NCBI RefSeq assembly: GCF_902652985.1
Contig: NC_047023.1
Coordinates: 11,222,001-11,286,000, forward strand
Length of the DNA: 64,000 bases
Reading direction: 5' to 3'
Source: Pecten maximus
Lineage: Eukaryota
Below the pieces are notes generated by a model. That model was not told the DNA's origin. It worked only from the letters and a program-made list of their open reading frames with translations, and did no database searches. Position numbers and translations under genes: made by a program. Within the stretch, counting starts at the first letter, position 1, and every line of letters starts with the position of its first letter. Shown in pieces: positions 27,060 through 40,900 of the stretch.

Positions 27060-27137
27060 GTCTATTTTCGCGCTATTCTTAATAGCCGCGAATGTATCGA
27101 AATAAAATTCCTCGCGAATATTATTAACTATACAGTA
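27060..27137. mobile_element. Remnant end of a short DNA-transposon-derived element
   Basis: ttttcgcg...ccgcgaa...aaaattcctcgcgaatattattaactatacagta: repeated CGCGAA motifs ending in TACAGTA, as in TA-target MITEs; only one end visible. Confidence 0.35.
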
Positions 27138-30100
27138 GTATTTTTATATAACATTACGCCGATGTAAGTGCTATACTATTCACGAATGCAGAACAATCGT
27201 CTAATTAAAATGAATAATTGCTTTTAATTTTTATTTCAATGAAACAGTAAGACTTCAAAATAATCGAATCATGTTGTCATGTCGATTTGAATTATTTTCT
27301 AAAATGCGCCCATAATTTTCGTGAAACATGTAATTCAGATTAATATATACCCGATATTAATTTACAGTACAATAAACGTAAAGTAACAAGTTATTGTAGA
27401 TAATGTAAATGCACACATTTTTCTCCATTCTTAAAAACAATACAGTATTCCGTTTCTATAATATTTCATGCTAGAGACTACTATATAACTAACACATTTT
27501 CATTGTTGAAACTTATATACAGGTATGTCTGGTAACAAGTACATCAATCATGGAGAGAGTGGGGACGTTCGTTAACGAAACAGACTTGAGATAAACATCA
27601 GCTAAAGTATTCAGTAAGTATCAACTTATATTTAGAAACTTGCCCGTTTCAGAACATGGCCGTTATGATGTTTGACATGTATTGTCAAAGACTGGATACA
27701 TGAAATGTGTTGAGAAATATTATTAAATTCTTAAATATAACAAACAAATGCAGTTCTTTCTTCAAAGGCGCCTTGAAATGTCTAACATTCTTCATAGAAA
27801 AACATACTGTTACATGCTCAACTCAAGAGCATCAACTCAGTACTCTAACCTAGAACCAGCAATATATATCCAAACACTTCAAGGTTAAGCTTGTGTAGTA
27901 TGAAATACCCTGTGTTGTACAAGTAAGGAATCGGTACGGTATTGCACAGGAAATTGAAATAACATGTTTTCCATGATCTATGTCATAAGTGAGTTACCTA
28001 TTATTACACCAATCATTATCAATGAATTATGAATTTCGTGTTATAATGTCTATACCACCACCGTATAGTTGAAATTGATGATATGGCGGTGACTTTGTGA
28101 CAAATATATAATGTCATAGGTATACTAATACCTTTTTAAAGTAGGTTATACTATAATATGACATCACAAAAGGTATGATGACGTCAAGAAACTCATTTTT
28201 TCCCAAGCAACTAATACATTTTACTCTTGGAATTTCTACTTTAAGTAATTATATATGCATTTGCGTATATTTTCGACATACAAAAATATCGGCAAGTAGT
28301 CCAATATAGAAGACCTTGTTTGAATGTTTGTAATATGGTAATTGGCATTTGTACTCTTAATATTTAGTTGGATGTTGTAATGGGGTATTGTTCTAAGGTC
28401 CTGATATCATGTTGTGGGAAAAAAGGTATGCTGCATACTGCTATTTATATCGTACAAAATGTATTGTGTTATCCTTAAACAATTGTATTTAACTATCAAT
28501 ATTATCGATGGATGTGAAAAAACTGAATTATTTATGTTGCCTCTGAAATAACAAGAGCGTGTATGCAACACCACAGTTAGAAAATTCAATCGCTATGCCA
28601 ACTAAACCAGAAACATCATGAACATTGCACCGATTGAGACTCTGGTATTGAGTATTTACGTAACAGTCTGATGACCTTATTTGACGTTGTCGAAGAAAAC
28701 TGGAAAGCTTGCTCTTTCTCCCAAACACTATTGGATGACCAGACTGCTCTGCTATAGCCAGCGTGTTGAGCTAGTGATACCGTTCCGCTAACTCTACAGT
28801 CAAGTCAATAGGTTTGTTGATGAGACAGAGAAGGGTTCCAAAATTGCCTTCTGGGATATATTGTCTTTGACAAGGTCACAGCAAAATATCGATGTCGGTT
28901 GTAACGAATGCTTAAATTACGCACAGCTGTCTTGGGCCTGGAGGCCCGATCTCTAACCATTAAGTGTCTGATTTAACAGAGTTCTAACGGAACATCGTTG
29001 TAGGATTTTATGCGACCATAGGGATGTGTTTAAAGCCAAACAAAATTATTGTCATACAATTCTGTTTTAATGTAGGACCATTAGAATGGTTGCATCTGTC
29101 GACTGTCTCCTCAGTCGTAAGAAAAGCTGCAGATGCGAAGCTTCCTTAGCAATTCATTGGCTATAATATTTGCCGAAAGGCAAAAATCTGCTTGTGAATT
29201 GACGTATTGTTTAAAGTGAAATAAAGCAATCGATAGCAATGTGAATATACAGCCAAAATTGAATTCTGTTATATTAACTCACAGGGGAAAAGTTCCTAAT
29301 AATAACATGTGGAATAACACACTTCCAGATTTCGGTAGACTTACGTTTGTATTCAAATTGAGCGAGTAATTAAAAGCGAAAACGGCAACAACAAAAATGC
29401 CTATCTATCACACGCTTTCATTTACTATTTTTATAAGCATATAGTACAGTCAATAAAGGACAAAACGAGATAGATTGTCGGCTAGTAATTCACATGTAAA
29501 TCATGTATATATGTATGCTCATTACAAGATGATGTTTGAGTGTTTTATTTGGCAAATATCATATACCTAACCACAGTAACTTTAATTTACCAGAGAGAGA
29601 TATTAACATTTAAAATATCAGCTGGACATATGATTATACGGCACCAACATTGTGTGAAAGTCAGAACATTCTAATATGGGGTAACGCTTTTTCCTTGTGT
29701 CATGCAAGGGACTATTTCTGAATTCACATATGCAATAGTGTTAAAGTATTTGCCATGTGTTTGTTATACTGATATAACACTTCAAGCCCACGTGTTGTGT
29801 ATGCAAGAACTGTTATCATCCATTTATTTGACATTTCCTTTAGAATTTAAAGAAATATGATATCGAGTGGCCTCATAATCACTTGAATCCATGTAACTTC
29901 AAATATATCAAAAATAAAAATACAAATCATTGAGAACCTCACTAGCTGTGGAAATGCCTATCCACTAACGAGTATAGGCGTCATTTGCAACATCCTGGTG
30001 AACATTATCATTGAAAAGATATAAATGGAGGCCTAGTGTTGAAATTAATTGCAAGATACCATCGCATCAATTATGCTTATAGTTATCCATTTTGCACCTT

Positions 30101-31705
30101 TACAATGAGAAATGAAGAAGGTTGAATTCTGTATCCTAACACGAGGACGATACTGAAATAGCATAAGTATATATTTTGATTTTATGTGTATGTGTAATTA
30201 TACGTACAAGTAGCAATCAGGTAAGATTTACCTGTCTTAAGAAAAAATATCCAAATGAAATGCAGGCAACCGACTTTAGAACCTATTGGATTGAAACAGC
30301 TGTTAATGTCCAATGTTGATGCTAAAACTGCCAATTGTATTAAACATGCAGTCATGTTGATGAAAATTTCATCTGAATTATAATCTATATGCAAGTAAAT
30401 ATATTCATGTGAGATTAGCGGCTGGTTAGATAGGCCGATAGCATGTTACCTGAGATTTTTGCAGGTAAAACAGAAGGTTCGGTTCTCCCAGACAACATAT
30501 GCTCCATGCCCAAACTACAAATTCACACGTCAGCTGTGATGTCTACACAACACAGCCACGAAACACACGTTGCCACGACGGAAAGACCATAATCTCAAAA
30601 TCGTAAAACGCTTTCCTATGGGAGATACAATCGGAGGAGGAATTGATAAGGAAATACCAAACATGATGATACTCCCAGCACTAAGGCATTTAAATTGAAA
30701 TAAAATGGCAGAAATAAAATGCCATTTTATTTCTTAAAATAATCGAATGCATTCCGCGGTAAAATCATGTTATCATATACGTGGCTCGGTGCTCTGTTTA
30801 GTTGGCCAAACATATTTGTTGATATCAAAGTACGCGTTCATTGCTATCATACCTAACGGAAATTGTCGATTGTACATATGTATATAGGTAATGTTGCGAT
30901 ATTGTTTCAGGCATGGGGATATAAGCAAATACATTTATATATGTGCTCCGGAGTATACTTAACGATAGAGCAAGTATAAATTAGGGTTATGGTTTTCCCG
31001 AGAAGATAATATAGTCTTGATTAGGTTTGCGACGCCAAAATAGACCACCTTTTACAAATGAGCAGTCAGTCGTCATGTTTCTCCACCTGCGGCCACAAAA
31101 ACGGAAACGCTCAAAGCTCGCGAGGGCGTCTGCTACACACTGACTGAAGTAACGTGTTCTTCATGACAGTCAAACGTTTGTCACTGATGGAAATAGCAGC
31201 AGTACTTGTCTTGTCCCTAAACGACCTCGACCTTTTCATTCTGTATTCCAACCGTACGGAAGATAAGTAGAGGGTATCTCTAGTGTGTAATGGAGGCACG
31301 GATTTCATCATACTCGATTAGTTTTACGGTAATTACCCCCGCTCTGGAATGAATATATAATACTCGTTTAGACAAACAAGGCTCTCCTCCTATTTACAGA
31401 TTGTAATGACTGTGAGAGTGACCCGGCGTGGCGTACAGGGATCGTAGTGGTATATGTAAATGTCCCCGGTAAACTGGTTATATACTCGCCATGTTTAGTC
31501 CAGCCCATTGGTGTGACGGGTCGCCATTTGTATTTTAACGGTTTATTAGGTAAATGTAGAGGCAAATAAATTAACAGTAAACGGTAGAAGTACAGATGCG
31601 TGTTAGTTAAGATTAACTGCTGGCGAAATTCTAAGAAACCAATATACATATTGCACTTTCGTAAACGAAGAGAGTATCATTGTGTGAAAGAAACTGTAAT
31701 TATAA

Positions 31706-31900
31706 CTAAAAAGGAAAAACAATGAAACTGGCACAGTCATTTAAAATATCAAGAAATTAGACCAGGTTCCAGAAAAACTCGACGGCTGTTGATTAATTGA
31801 CCCCTAAAAGGAAAACAAAAAATGAAACTGGCACAGACATTTAAAATATCAACAAATAAGACCAGGTTCAAGAAAAATTCGCCAACTGTTGATTAATTAA
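31706..31900. repeat. Tandem duplication of a ~98-bp segment
   Basis: ctaaaa(a)ggaaaa...aatgaaactggcacag.catttaaaatatcaa.aaat.agaccaggttc.agaaaaa.tcg...ctgttgattaatt occurs at 31706 and 31804. Confidence 0.92.
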
Positions 31901-33374
31901 TCTCATGTAAATCGAGGTTTCATCTCTACCATGCTCCCAATGTTATAACTAAAGACATCATAGATATAAGCAATGTTTTTTTAATTGAGCGTAATACAGT
32001 AGAACCAAGGTGAAGTAAACTGCAGCGTTGGTTTGCTTCTTCCTTTTAAGACTCGTCCGTGATGCCCAGATCTTAAAGTGTCGATCATAGGAGATGGCTT
32101 AAAACTCGATAAAGCTTGTAAGAAATTTCAAAATCTTGATGGTGCCATCGTATTAGGAATATGAGTTTTCTTCAAATGAAATCGTGATGATCTTTGTTTG
32201 ATTGTGTAAAATGAGACACAAGCAGATATACCAATACACCAGGAGAAGACAGTGGAAAATGAAATCCGACAATGTATAGTAATGTTGCAGAACGACAGCT
32301 TTAGTGAACACATGCTGACGGCAATTCAACTTGTACTCGCCGTCTCCAACGAAGTGCTGAGAACCCATAGTCATACTGTATACGCGTACAAAGATATCAT
32401 TTATAACAGACATCTACATCTTAAAACAAAATTAACAGGAAATGATAATAATTAAACTCTGTATTAAGACCTCGTAAAGACTGATGACAAAGTACCCCGC
32501 GATTAACTTGGCTAATTTGTAATAAACAGTGTTAGAATGTAGGTCAGTTCCGTTGTTTTTATTGAGACAGGGACGGAAGCGGTTCGGTGCAAATTAACAG
32601 TTGTACGTCCGTCCACCGCACTTGATCGTCATTGATGTGGGGCCTGTTCTTGCTCATATGATGTGAATTGACATTGCGTGAAAGTTAGACAAAACACAGC
32701 CCGATATCTTCAAGTGTATCAAATTGCTACGTTAACACTGCACTTTAGCTTGATGCAGTAATCCATAGTATGATTCATGGTGATCGAGGAGGCATACGAA
32801 TATATTACAGACTCAAACAGCGTGGTTCTTACATGAGCATTGCGGGGTTTCGTGTGGCATAATGTCCGTGCTCCAAAACGATAGGGTTTAATTCTTTATC
32901 TACACCGGACATCACGTGTCATGTTTCCCGTGTAAGCCGTGTTAGGTGTTGTATAGACAGAGATATACATGTTCGATATTGCAATAAAGATAACGATACT
33001 TAACGCCACGTGGTACATTAAATTGAAACAACAACGTACGGTGTACGTGATATGTGTTGACCAATCCTGCCGGCTAAGAGTAATTGTCTTTTGTCATAGA
33101 TATCTAATCATTGTGCGTGCGTTGCGTAGTTCCAAGACTCTTAAGATTACCTTATAGCAGTAAACGAAAAACAAATCAAGTAGATGTATGTACCAAAGAG
33201 GATTCAATGCCTTCATCGGACACCAATGTTGATAAATCCAGAGCTATGGTCATCGATGAATTCCTAGAGAGATTTTTTGTATGAGTTGAGTTGCATAATG
33301 CAGTTTACTATTCCTAACATGGCGTTCCCTCTTCTCTTTATTATCTGAAGTTAACTTTTTTTATTCATTATAAA

Positions 33375-34198
33375 GCATTTACTCTATCGTATTTATCATC
33401 CGGCGTTCTATCTATCTCATTCATTATCCAGTGCATTCACTCTATCTCATTTATTATCCGGCGTTCTATCTATCTTATTTATTATCCGGTGTTCTATCTA
33501 TCTTATTTATTATCCGGCGTTCTATCTATCTCATTCATTATCCGGTGTTCTAACTATCTTATTTATTATCCGGTGTTCTATCTATCTTATTTATTATCCG
33601 GCGTTCTATCTATCTTACTTATTATCCGGCGTTCTATCTATCTTATTTATTATTCGGCGTTCACTCTATCTCATGTATTATCCGACGTTCTATCTATCTT
33701 ATTTATTATTCGGCGTTCTATCTATCTCATTCACTATCCGGTGTTCTATCTATCTTATTTATTATCCGGCGTTCACTATATCTTATTTATTATCCGGCGT
33801 TCTATCTATCTTATTTATTATTCGGCGTTCACCCTATCTCATTTATTATCCGACGTTCTATCTATCTTATTTATTATTCGGCGTTCTATCTATCTGATTT
33901 ATTATCCGGTGTTCTATTTATCCCATTCATTATCCGGCGTTCTATCTATCTTATTTATTATCCGGTGTTCTATCTATCTGATTTATTATCTGGCGTTCTA
34001 TCTATCTTATTTATTATCCGTCATTCATTCTATCTCATTCATTATCCGGTGTTCTATCTATCTGATTTATTTTCCGGTGTTCTATCTATCCTATTTATTT
34101 TCCGGCGTTCTATTTATCTTATTTATTATCCGGTGTTCTATCTATCCTATTTATTTTCCGGCAGTCACTCTATTTAATTCCTTATCCGGTGTTCACTA
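33375..34198. repeat. 28-bp minisatellite (TATTATCCGGCGTTCTATCTATCTTATT), ~29 copies
   Basis: CCGG recurs every 28 nt (33486, 33514, ...); explains ORFs 33489..34199, 33673..33897 and 33965..34177. Confidence 0.97.
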
Positions 34199-34615
34199 AA
34201 TTTTGGTAATTTTTCGTAGTTCACTCTTTGTATGATCAAATTCATATTGGAAGGTGCTCTTCTTTTTGTTGTTGTTGTTGTTTTGTTTTTCTATCCTGAT
34301 TTTGATTTGACAATTGTATTATCCGTTGACTTGTGTTCATACCCCCAATATATGCCGGTATAAACAATTAGCAATGCTCTTGTCATGATTGCATAAATGT
34401 TTTGGATGCTACTAAGAAATCATCAAAATGAATTCAAAGAATATTGACACAGTATAGAAAACGATTCTTAATATGTTACAAGAAGAATTGTTTTCGGAAT
34501 GTAATTATACAGGTATCATGACTTTTCTTGATAATTTCAATTAGAAAACATGTTTTGCTGCACTAACCCACTGATTGATAGCATGAATCATTGAAGAATT
34601 ACGGAATTGCCTTTG

Positions 34616-34998
34616 TGTGTGGCTGATTTCGACCCATGTCGCACTTTCGCATTGGTGCCCCGCAAAGAGCGACAATGCGCCAAGCGAAGAGCGCCATGCG
34701 AAGACAGTCAATGCGCCATGCGAATAATGACAATGCGTCAATCGAAGAGCGACGATATGCAAAGCGAAAAGTGTTCATTTTGTCGCTCTTCACATGGCGC
34801 ACTGTCATTCTTTGCATGGTGCATTTTCGATCTTCGCCTGGTGCAATGAATGTCATCGCATGGTACCTTTTCGCTCTTCGTCTGGTGCATTGTCTGTCAT
34901 CGCATGGTACATTGTCGCTCCTTGCATAACACACTGTTACTCTTCACTTGGTAGGGGTGCAAAATTGAGAGTGAGACACGGCCAAATTTAGCCACCAT
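34616..34998. mobile_element. Foldback-type MITE with TIRs and inverted arrays of ~21-bp subrepeats
   Basis: Ends gtggctgatttcgacccatgtcgcacttt / gagagtgagacacggccaaatttagccac are imperfect inverted repeats. The left half repeats GCGAAGAGCGACAATGCGCCA-like units and the right half their reverse complement (TGGTGCATTGTCGCTCTTCGC-like). Confidence 0.75.
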
Positions 34999-37900
34999 GT
35001 TTAGGATATCTCTAAATTGAGTTGTGAAAATGAGTTAAAAAGGTGAGTTCAATGTAGATGGTGTCCCGGTTCATTGATAACACTCTATATCAAAAACAAA
35101 TATTCCATTTGATGCCACAGTCTCATATTACCACAATGATAATCTTGGCTGCATGTGTGAGCGCATAGATGCAGTTTTAGTCACATGACGTGATTGTTTA
35201 ACAATTTCGATCAACGTCACTGCGTTATGAATAAATCAAACGCAGAGATGATTCTGATTGAGAACAACTGCGTTTTAATGACATCATTTTTGCGCAATTC
35301 TAATCATCGTCACGGCAAAACTGTGTTATGTGTCAGATGAGTTGTGAGTCAAGCACAGAAATGATTTTGATTTAAAGATCCTATTCTTTAAATGGTCGTA
35401 CAGGGAAAGGGGTGACATAGATTAATTATTTAAAAATAGTTTTACATATGCAAATGTAACAATAGTAAAAGCTCGTTAGCACTTTTATATTAAAGTCTCC
35501 TCCTCTACATTGCATTAATTAATACAAATCAACAAAATCAAACTAATGTTTAATTGCGAAGTATATATGTGCTTAATTGGAGCTTTGTACTTTATTTTAT
35601 AATACCATTCGTTGTCATCTATACAAAAAACTTAGCAGGACACTGACAGATAAGTTGCTCCATCTCTTGTCTCTACGAAAAAGTGAAATACATGTAGCAT
35701 ACCAGCAAGCACATGCCCGTATCGTTGATATAAAACCTGCAAGTGCGTTTGCTTGAACATTTAGTTCATAGAGTACATGCGATATTTACTGGATCATTTG
35801 ACGTGACCGTGGCCCATTGTTAATATCAAACTGTTGTCTGCCTCAAGCTTATATCATTTTTACATACTTTATGTGGCTATGAATTGCGCTGCATTTCTTT
35901 TAATAAAGTGAAGCTGCCTCTTCAACTAGCGATTATTCCGGATTAAATTTCATGGTAGAAAGCAAAATATTGAAATTATTATCTTAATATCTTGTGTTCT
36001 GATTTGTAGATTACTACGCAGACATAACGAATGCATTTGATTTTAAGTTCCCATAAGGCAATACACTTCTATTGCGAAATGCGACACCGGAAGTTACAAT
36101 ATCAACACATTTCAAGCCATTAAGTCTCTGCACTGCAGACAGAATGTTATAATGATCAATCTACATGCACATATTCTACATGACTTCCTGCCCAATATAT
36201 CGCCGTATATTGTTGACAATTTCTCCATTTATAATGCTTTTGGAAGAAAAGGGCCGTGAGCCCGTAGATTGTCTGCATTCATGCAATATGCTATTCTTTA
36301 TCCAAGGTTCAGGCGACGTTGTATATATTGCCTCAAATGGGAATTATCGACAATTTCGGAAGCAAAAATTGAAATAAATATTCTAATATTTGTGATAATG
36401 AAAATCGAATGACTTTTGCCGTGATCTAAAAATAATAACCACGTTGATGTGTGACATTTGTAACTGTTTTGTTTCCATCAATTATATTAATAATGCGTAT
36501 TCACGATACGTGTTGTAGCAGATAAACTATATATAGGACAGTGTTGTAGGATTAACATCTCACACATATGAAGTACTATAAATGTGCTCTCTGAAGTACA
36601 TTAAAATAAATCAGGGTCATTTGGTCGATAAAATGCATAATCATTAGATGTGTCTGAATTAAACGGGTTAGTTAACTATGAATCATACGAAAGCCCTTGG
36701 AACTTAAATGAACATCTATCACAAGTTTAGATCATAAATAGTTAGCCATAATGGTGAAAAATCAATCAAAATAGCAATTTTCGCTAAGTTGAAAAAATGA
36801 CGACACAAGTGTACTACATTAGGTTTGTGACACAACGACCATACTAGAACGGGATAAAAAAAACCTACATCATAATTAGGATTAAATGCAGTTCTCTATA
36901 CTGTAATAGAATCTGTCTTTCATGCCAAATTTTGTCGATATGGAATGTATTATATTTAGTTTCCGGATTTCTGTTTTAGACATTTTAATGGCACAAGATT
37001 AGAACAACTTAGCTGTTTCCTGTACAGGCGGCGTCTTTTGATACCGAACGTGGTTTTTACCTTACACTAAATCAAAACAGCTCTGACGCCACTATCGAGA
37101 AGGCCAAATTATAAAATTGCTGCCCGTCGCGAAATGCCAAGCAAAAATCCTTCAAGACATATCGTGTAGGGCTTCAAGGTGAACTCTAGGCCGTCATTAT
37201 AAACGCCCAATTTGTATAGCATTCTCTGTGAGAATATTCGACATTTTGATTTAATGTACAAATTGTTTGACACTGGGGCGACCTGCCATGTCTTACGTTA
37301 GCTTTCACAATTAATACGTCTCAGGCCTGGGTAGGCTCGGCTTTTATCATTACGCTTGGAAGGTCTGATGCTTGTATATAGGCATTTCCACTAAGAGATC
37401 GACATCCTGGTAGGAAACATATACAACCGTATATGAAGCATGCTTCCTGCGTCCCAGTGCCGATATCGTCCACAGATTGGTTGCGCTGGTGCCAACTTTA
37501 AGTAATTCCATAAGGGATTTGGGCTGTGCTTCCTACGTTTTTTGCTGATTTTTAAAATTATTTTACAGCGAAACAAATGAAAAAGTTCGGTAGTTCTACG
37601 GATATGTTTAAAATATGTCCTTGAAGTACGTCTGGTTTAGATATTATAGATTGCGTTAACGATTTTCTCTTTATTTGTTAACATAATGTAGAGGTGTCCT
37701 TCAAAGCGACTTGATATTGTCCTTGAGCCGCTTATTCTAAGTGTCCTTGATATTTGTGTTGTGTTGAATGTGATATTTCTTTGCAGGATATCTTTAGAAC
37801 AACGCTCAATCAGCAGCTTTCGGCAACTGTGATGAACCCAAGCTTTTTTGTATATACCCTTTACGACATTGTAACCGCCGAGATTCAATATATGCTCCGA

Positions 37901-40900
37901 TGCATATTACACAATACCGTTTGCATACCAAACAAGTTTGATACCCGGCACGTGCTATACACGTGCAAAATAGTGTTATCTAAACTTCAAAGTATATTGG
38001 TTTACAATTTCGGATAAAACCTAACTTTTCGCATGTTTTATGTATCTCAAATATTGTCAAGAACCACACCGAGCCAGTTGTTTAGGTTTTTTTCCCAACA
38101 GAACAAAGCAAAAGCAAATGTGAGGCGAGTCTTTTCCCCTGTTTCTCTGTGCAATATTCAGAACAAATCAAAACTGACTGGTAATTTTTACAACATATTG
38201 AATTAGAATTATAGTTACCGTCTTATTGATAATTGCCTTCAACTAATATAGAAAATTGCACGCGGAAAGTAGAAACAAGTGGGCAATCAACACGATAGTT
38301 TAATGTCTTTCAACGATTTTAAATGCAACATATGGGCAGGGTACTTATAACCAGAGCACATCACAAATGCTGGTACATGTAGTCCCCAGACGATCTGGCA
38401 CGGAAGATCACTAATTTAGCTATGCTTCACTCGTATGCATAGTATTATTTGCCACCTATTTCAAATAAGTATACTCTTATATTATAAGAGAATATATACC
38501 AATTTGAAAGTTATTTTCTTCCAGTTAAATTACCAAGTAAAATTATCAAATATTTGATATCCATTAAAGACATTATAACCATTAGATACATTATTACTAT
38601 TATCATTTGTTTCACATTTGATATAAAATTATATAAATTAATAGTATTAATTTTCTGGGGCGGTGCAACTAAGGTATGCAGTACTGTATGTAAATGTATC
38701 TAAAGTTATGCTCACAGTAGAAGATACCGCGACTTTGCAGTAAAACTTAGTACACTTCAGCCTGTCAAGCAAGCTTTTCGAGAACCTGTGAATACTCAAC
38801 AAACATAGCACGTGCGTACATACTATATAGTAGCAGTGGAGACATTTAAGGAATTCAACTTGCTTACTAACTCTTGATTGAAAGTCATTACCATTACGTC
38901 GGCGGCAGGTAGGTCCGCCACACGGATGGCCTTGAAGAATAATCATAAACAGACCCATTAAATGTAAGACAGCAATTAAAAAAAAAAAGATATGGGCATA
39001 AATTTCCAAGACGTGTGATTATTTTCGCTTTATCCAATTAGGAAATCATAAATACCTCGCGTCGAGTTCGGAGAACTTTGCCATCGACAACAGGAGCATT
39101 AAAGACCCGGAGTAAACTCAGCAGAAACAACAAAGGACCTCATACTTACACCTGCTGGACTTATCAACAAACAAGATGTATTGACAGACTAATCAGGTGA
39201 GAACGCATATAAATTATCGCTGATTACTCTCCGTTTGGAATGTTGTTTCTAGCTTATAGCATATGTAAATAAAACAGGTATGACGTCATGGATATTGTTT
39301 TCTCTTTACTCCAACGAATTTTGCAGCAATTAAATTCATCAGAATTTTAACAGCATCCATCCCCAAAAATGGAAAACACTATTCTACAGTCTCACTCGAA
39401 ACCCCTGACCTGAATGCAATACCGACGTCATGCTAAGACATTAACCAGCCCCGATGTTCAAGCGTTATAGTATAGAACTGAGTTTCTTGACGGAAAGGTA
39501 CAAATTCATAACAATTTTACCGGGCGTTCAGGTCAGGTTATTCGGAAGTTTGTACAATTTATGACTATTTATACCTCGTTCTACAATGTTGATCTACAAC
39601 TTGTGACATCGATATGACATGGTCTTGCATAAGGCATTTTGCCAGAACACAGCTGATCTTTGTTTTTAATTGTCTATGGTGAAGACTAAAAATAATTCTT
39701 GCCAGTTTCTTTTTTTTTTAATTATTATTATTAGTATTATTTTTTTCATTTCGATTCTTATGTATCAATATATATATATATCATCATCAAAATTGTTGCC
39801 AAGTTGTGATATAGTATCTTTTCCTCAAGACTAACAATCTCACTTTCAAACACCATTATAATAGGATCTAGCATAACAAAGTTGCAGTAAGATTATCACA
39901 AAAAAAAACGCCAAGTTTAAAACATATACGTAACAATAAGTTCCCTAATATACACTATATCGCGCAAAGCCTCTTAATCGTGTTACATGTCTAACATTCA
40001 TAGCATCATAGCGTTAACGATCATAAGAATATTGTAGTGCGTAACTGACATGACGAATTTGCCAAGGTTTCAAATTTATGAACCTTTTCCTCGCTCGAAA
40101 TTGCAATATGAATGGTCTGTAATTTATAGACGCAAAGTTACGCAATTATATATTGAATTGTGTAGAGCATGTTACCGTTTTATCTTCCTTACGCTGTTGA
40201 GAAATACAGCTGTCATAAGAGATTGCGTGCCTTGTTTCTTATTTTCTCTAAGATGGCCGGTGACGTATCCAACACGATTACACGTCTGCAGTATGTGTAT
40301 ACTCACTCCAGTAATGCTCTTGGCGAAGATATTGTTGAAGTCTTGACATTTCTCAGCTTGCGCAACCTCTTATGAAACACGAGATTGGGGAAAGCAGTCA
40401 AGCCAATCCCTTGGGGAAGATCCCCATTCTTTCATACTAAGCTTTTGGACAATATACAATTCTTTCCGCTGTCTTTCTTGATGTGCCATGCCAGAAGTAT
40501 ATGGGCAGTTATTGATTTTAGCCATATAAGCTGAGCAACCCCTCCATCCTATAAATGCAGACAGACGCACGTTTCAAAACCGTCAATCAAAATTTGTCGA
40601 TTGTTCTTTTTTATTTAATTGAATTGAAACCAATATAGTAAAACGTTAGCCGCAGCTATATGACGTTAGCGAGATATACGTTAAAGTCTTTCTTCTGTTC
40701 GAGTAGCACACGCAATCTGATGGGTTTAGTGGGCAGGTTTACAATATTGGACTTAGTTTACCCTGACAGAGACATGTACTTTTATCAATAAAAATTGTAA
40801 TAGAGTCCGAGGTCAAGTTCAAGCAAGTGGGCGCCAACTGGCTACACTAACCCAATCTATACCTAACGGAAAACCTTCTGGTACAATATGTTGGACAAAA

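Noticed and set aside
33489-34199. 236-aa hydrophobic ORF
   Set aside because: Entirely the 28-bp satellite; GTG start; no domain.
34541-34991. Five overlapping ORFs on both strands
   Set aside because: Products of the GC-rich foldback subrepeats.
37637-37888. ORF with VHHSCRK, faintly like transposon Cys/His motifs
   Set aside because: Too short, with no catalytic motifs or adjacent frames supporting a transposase.
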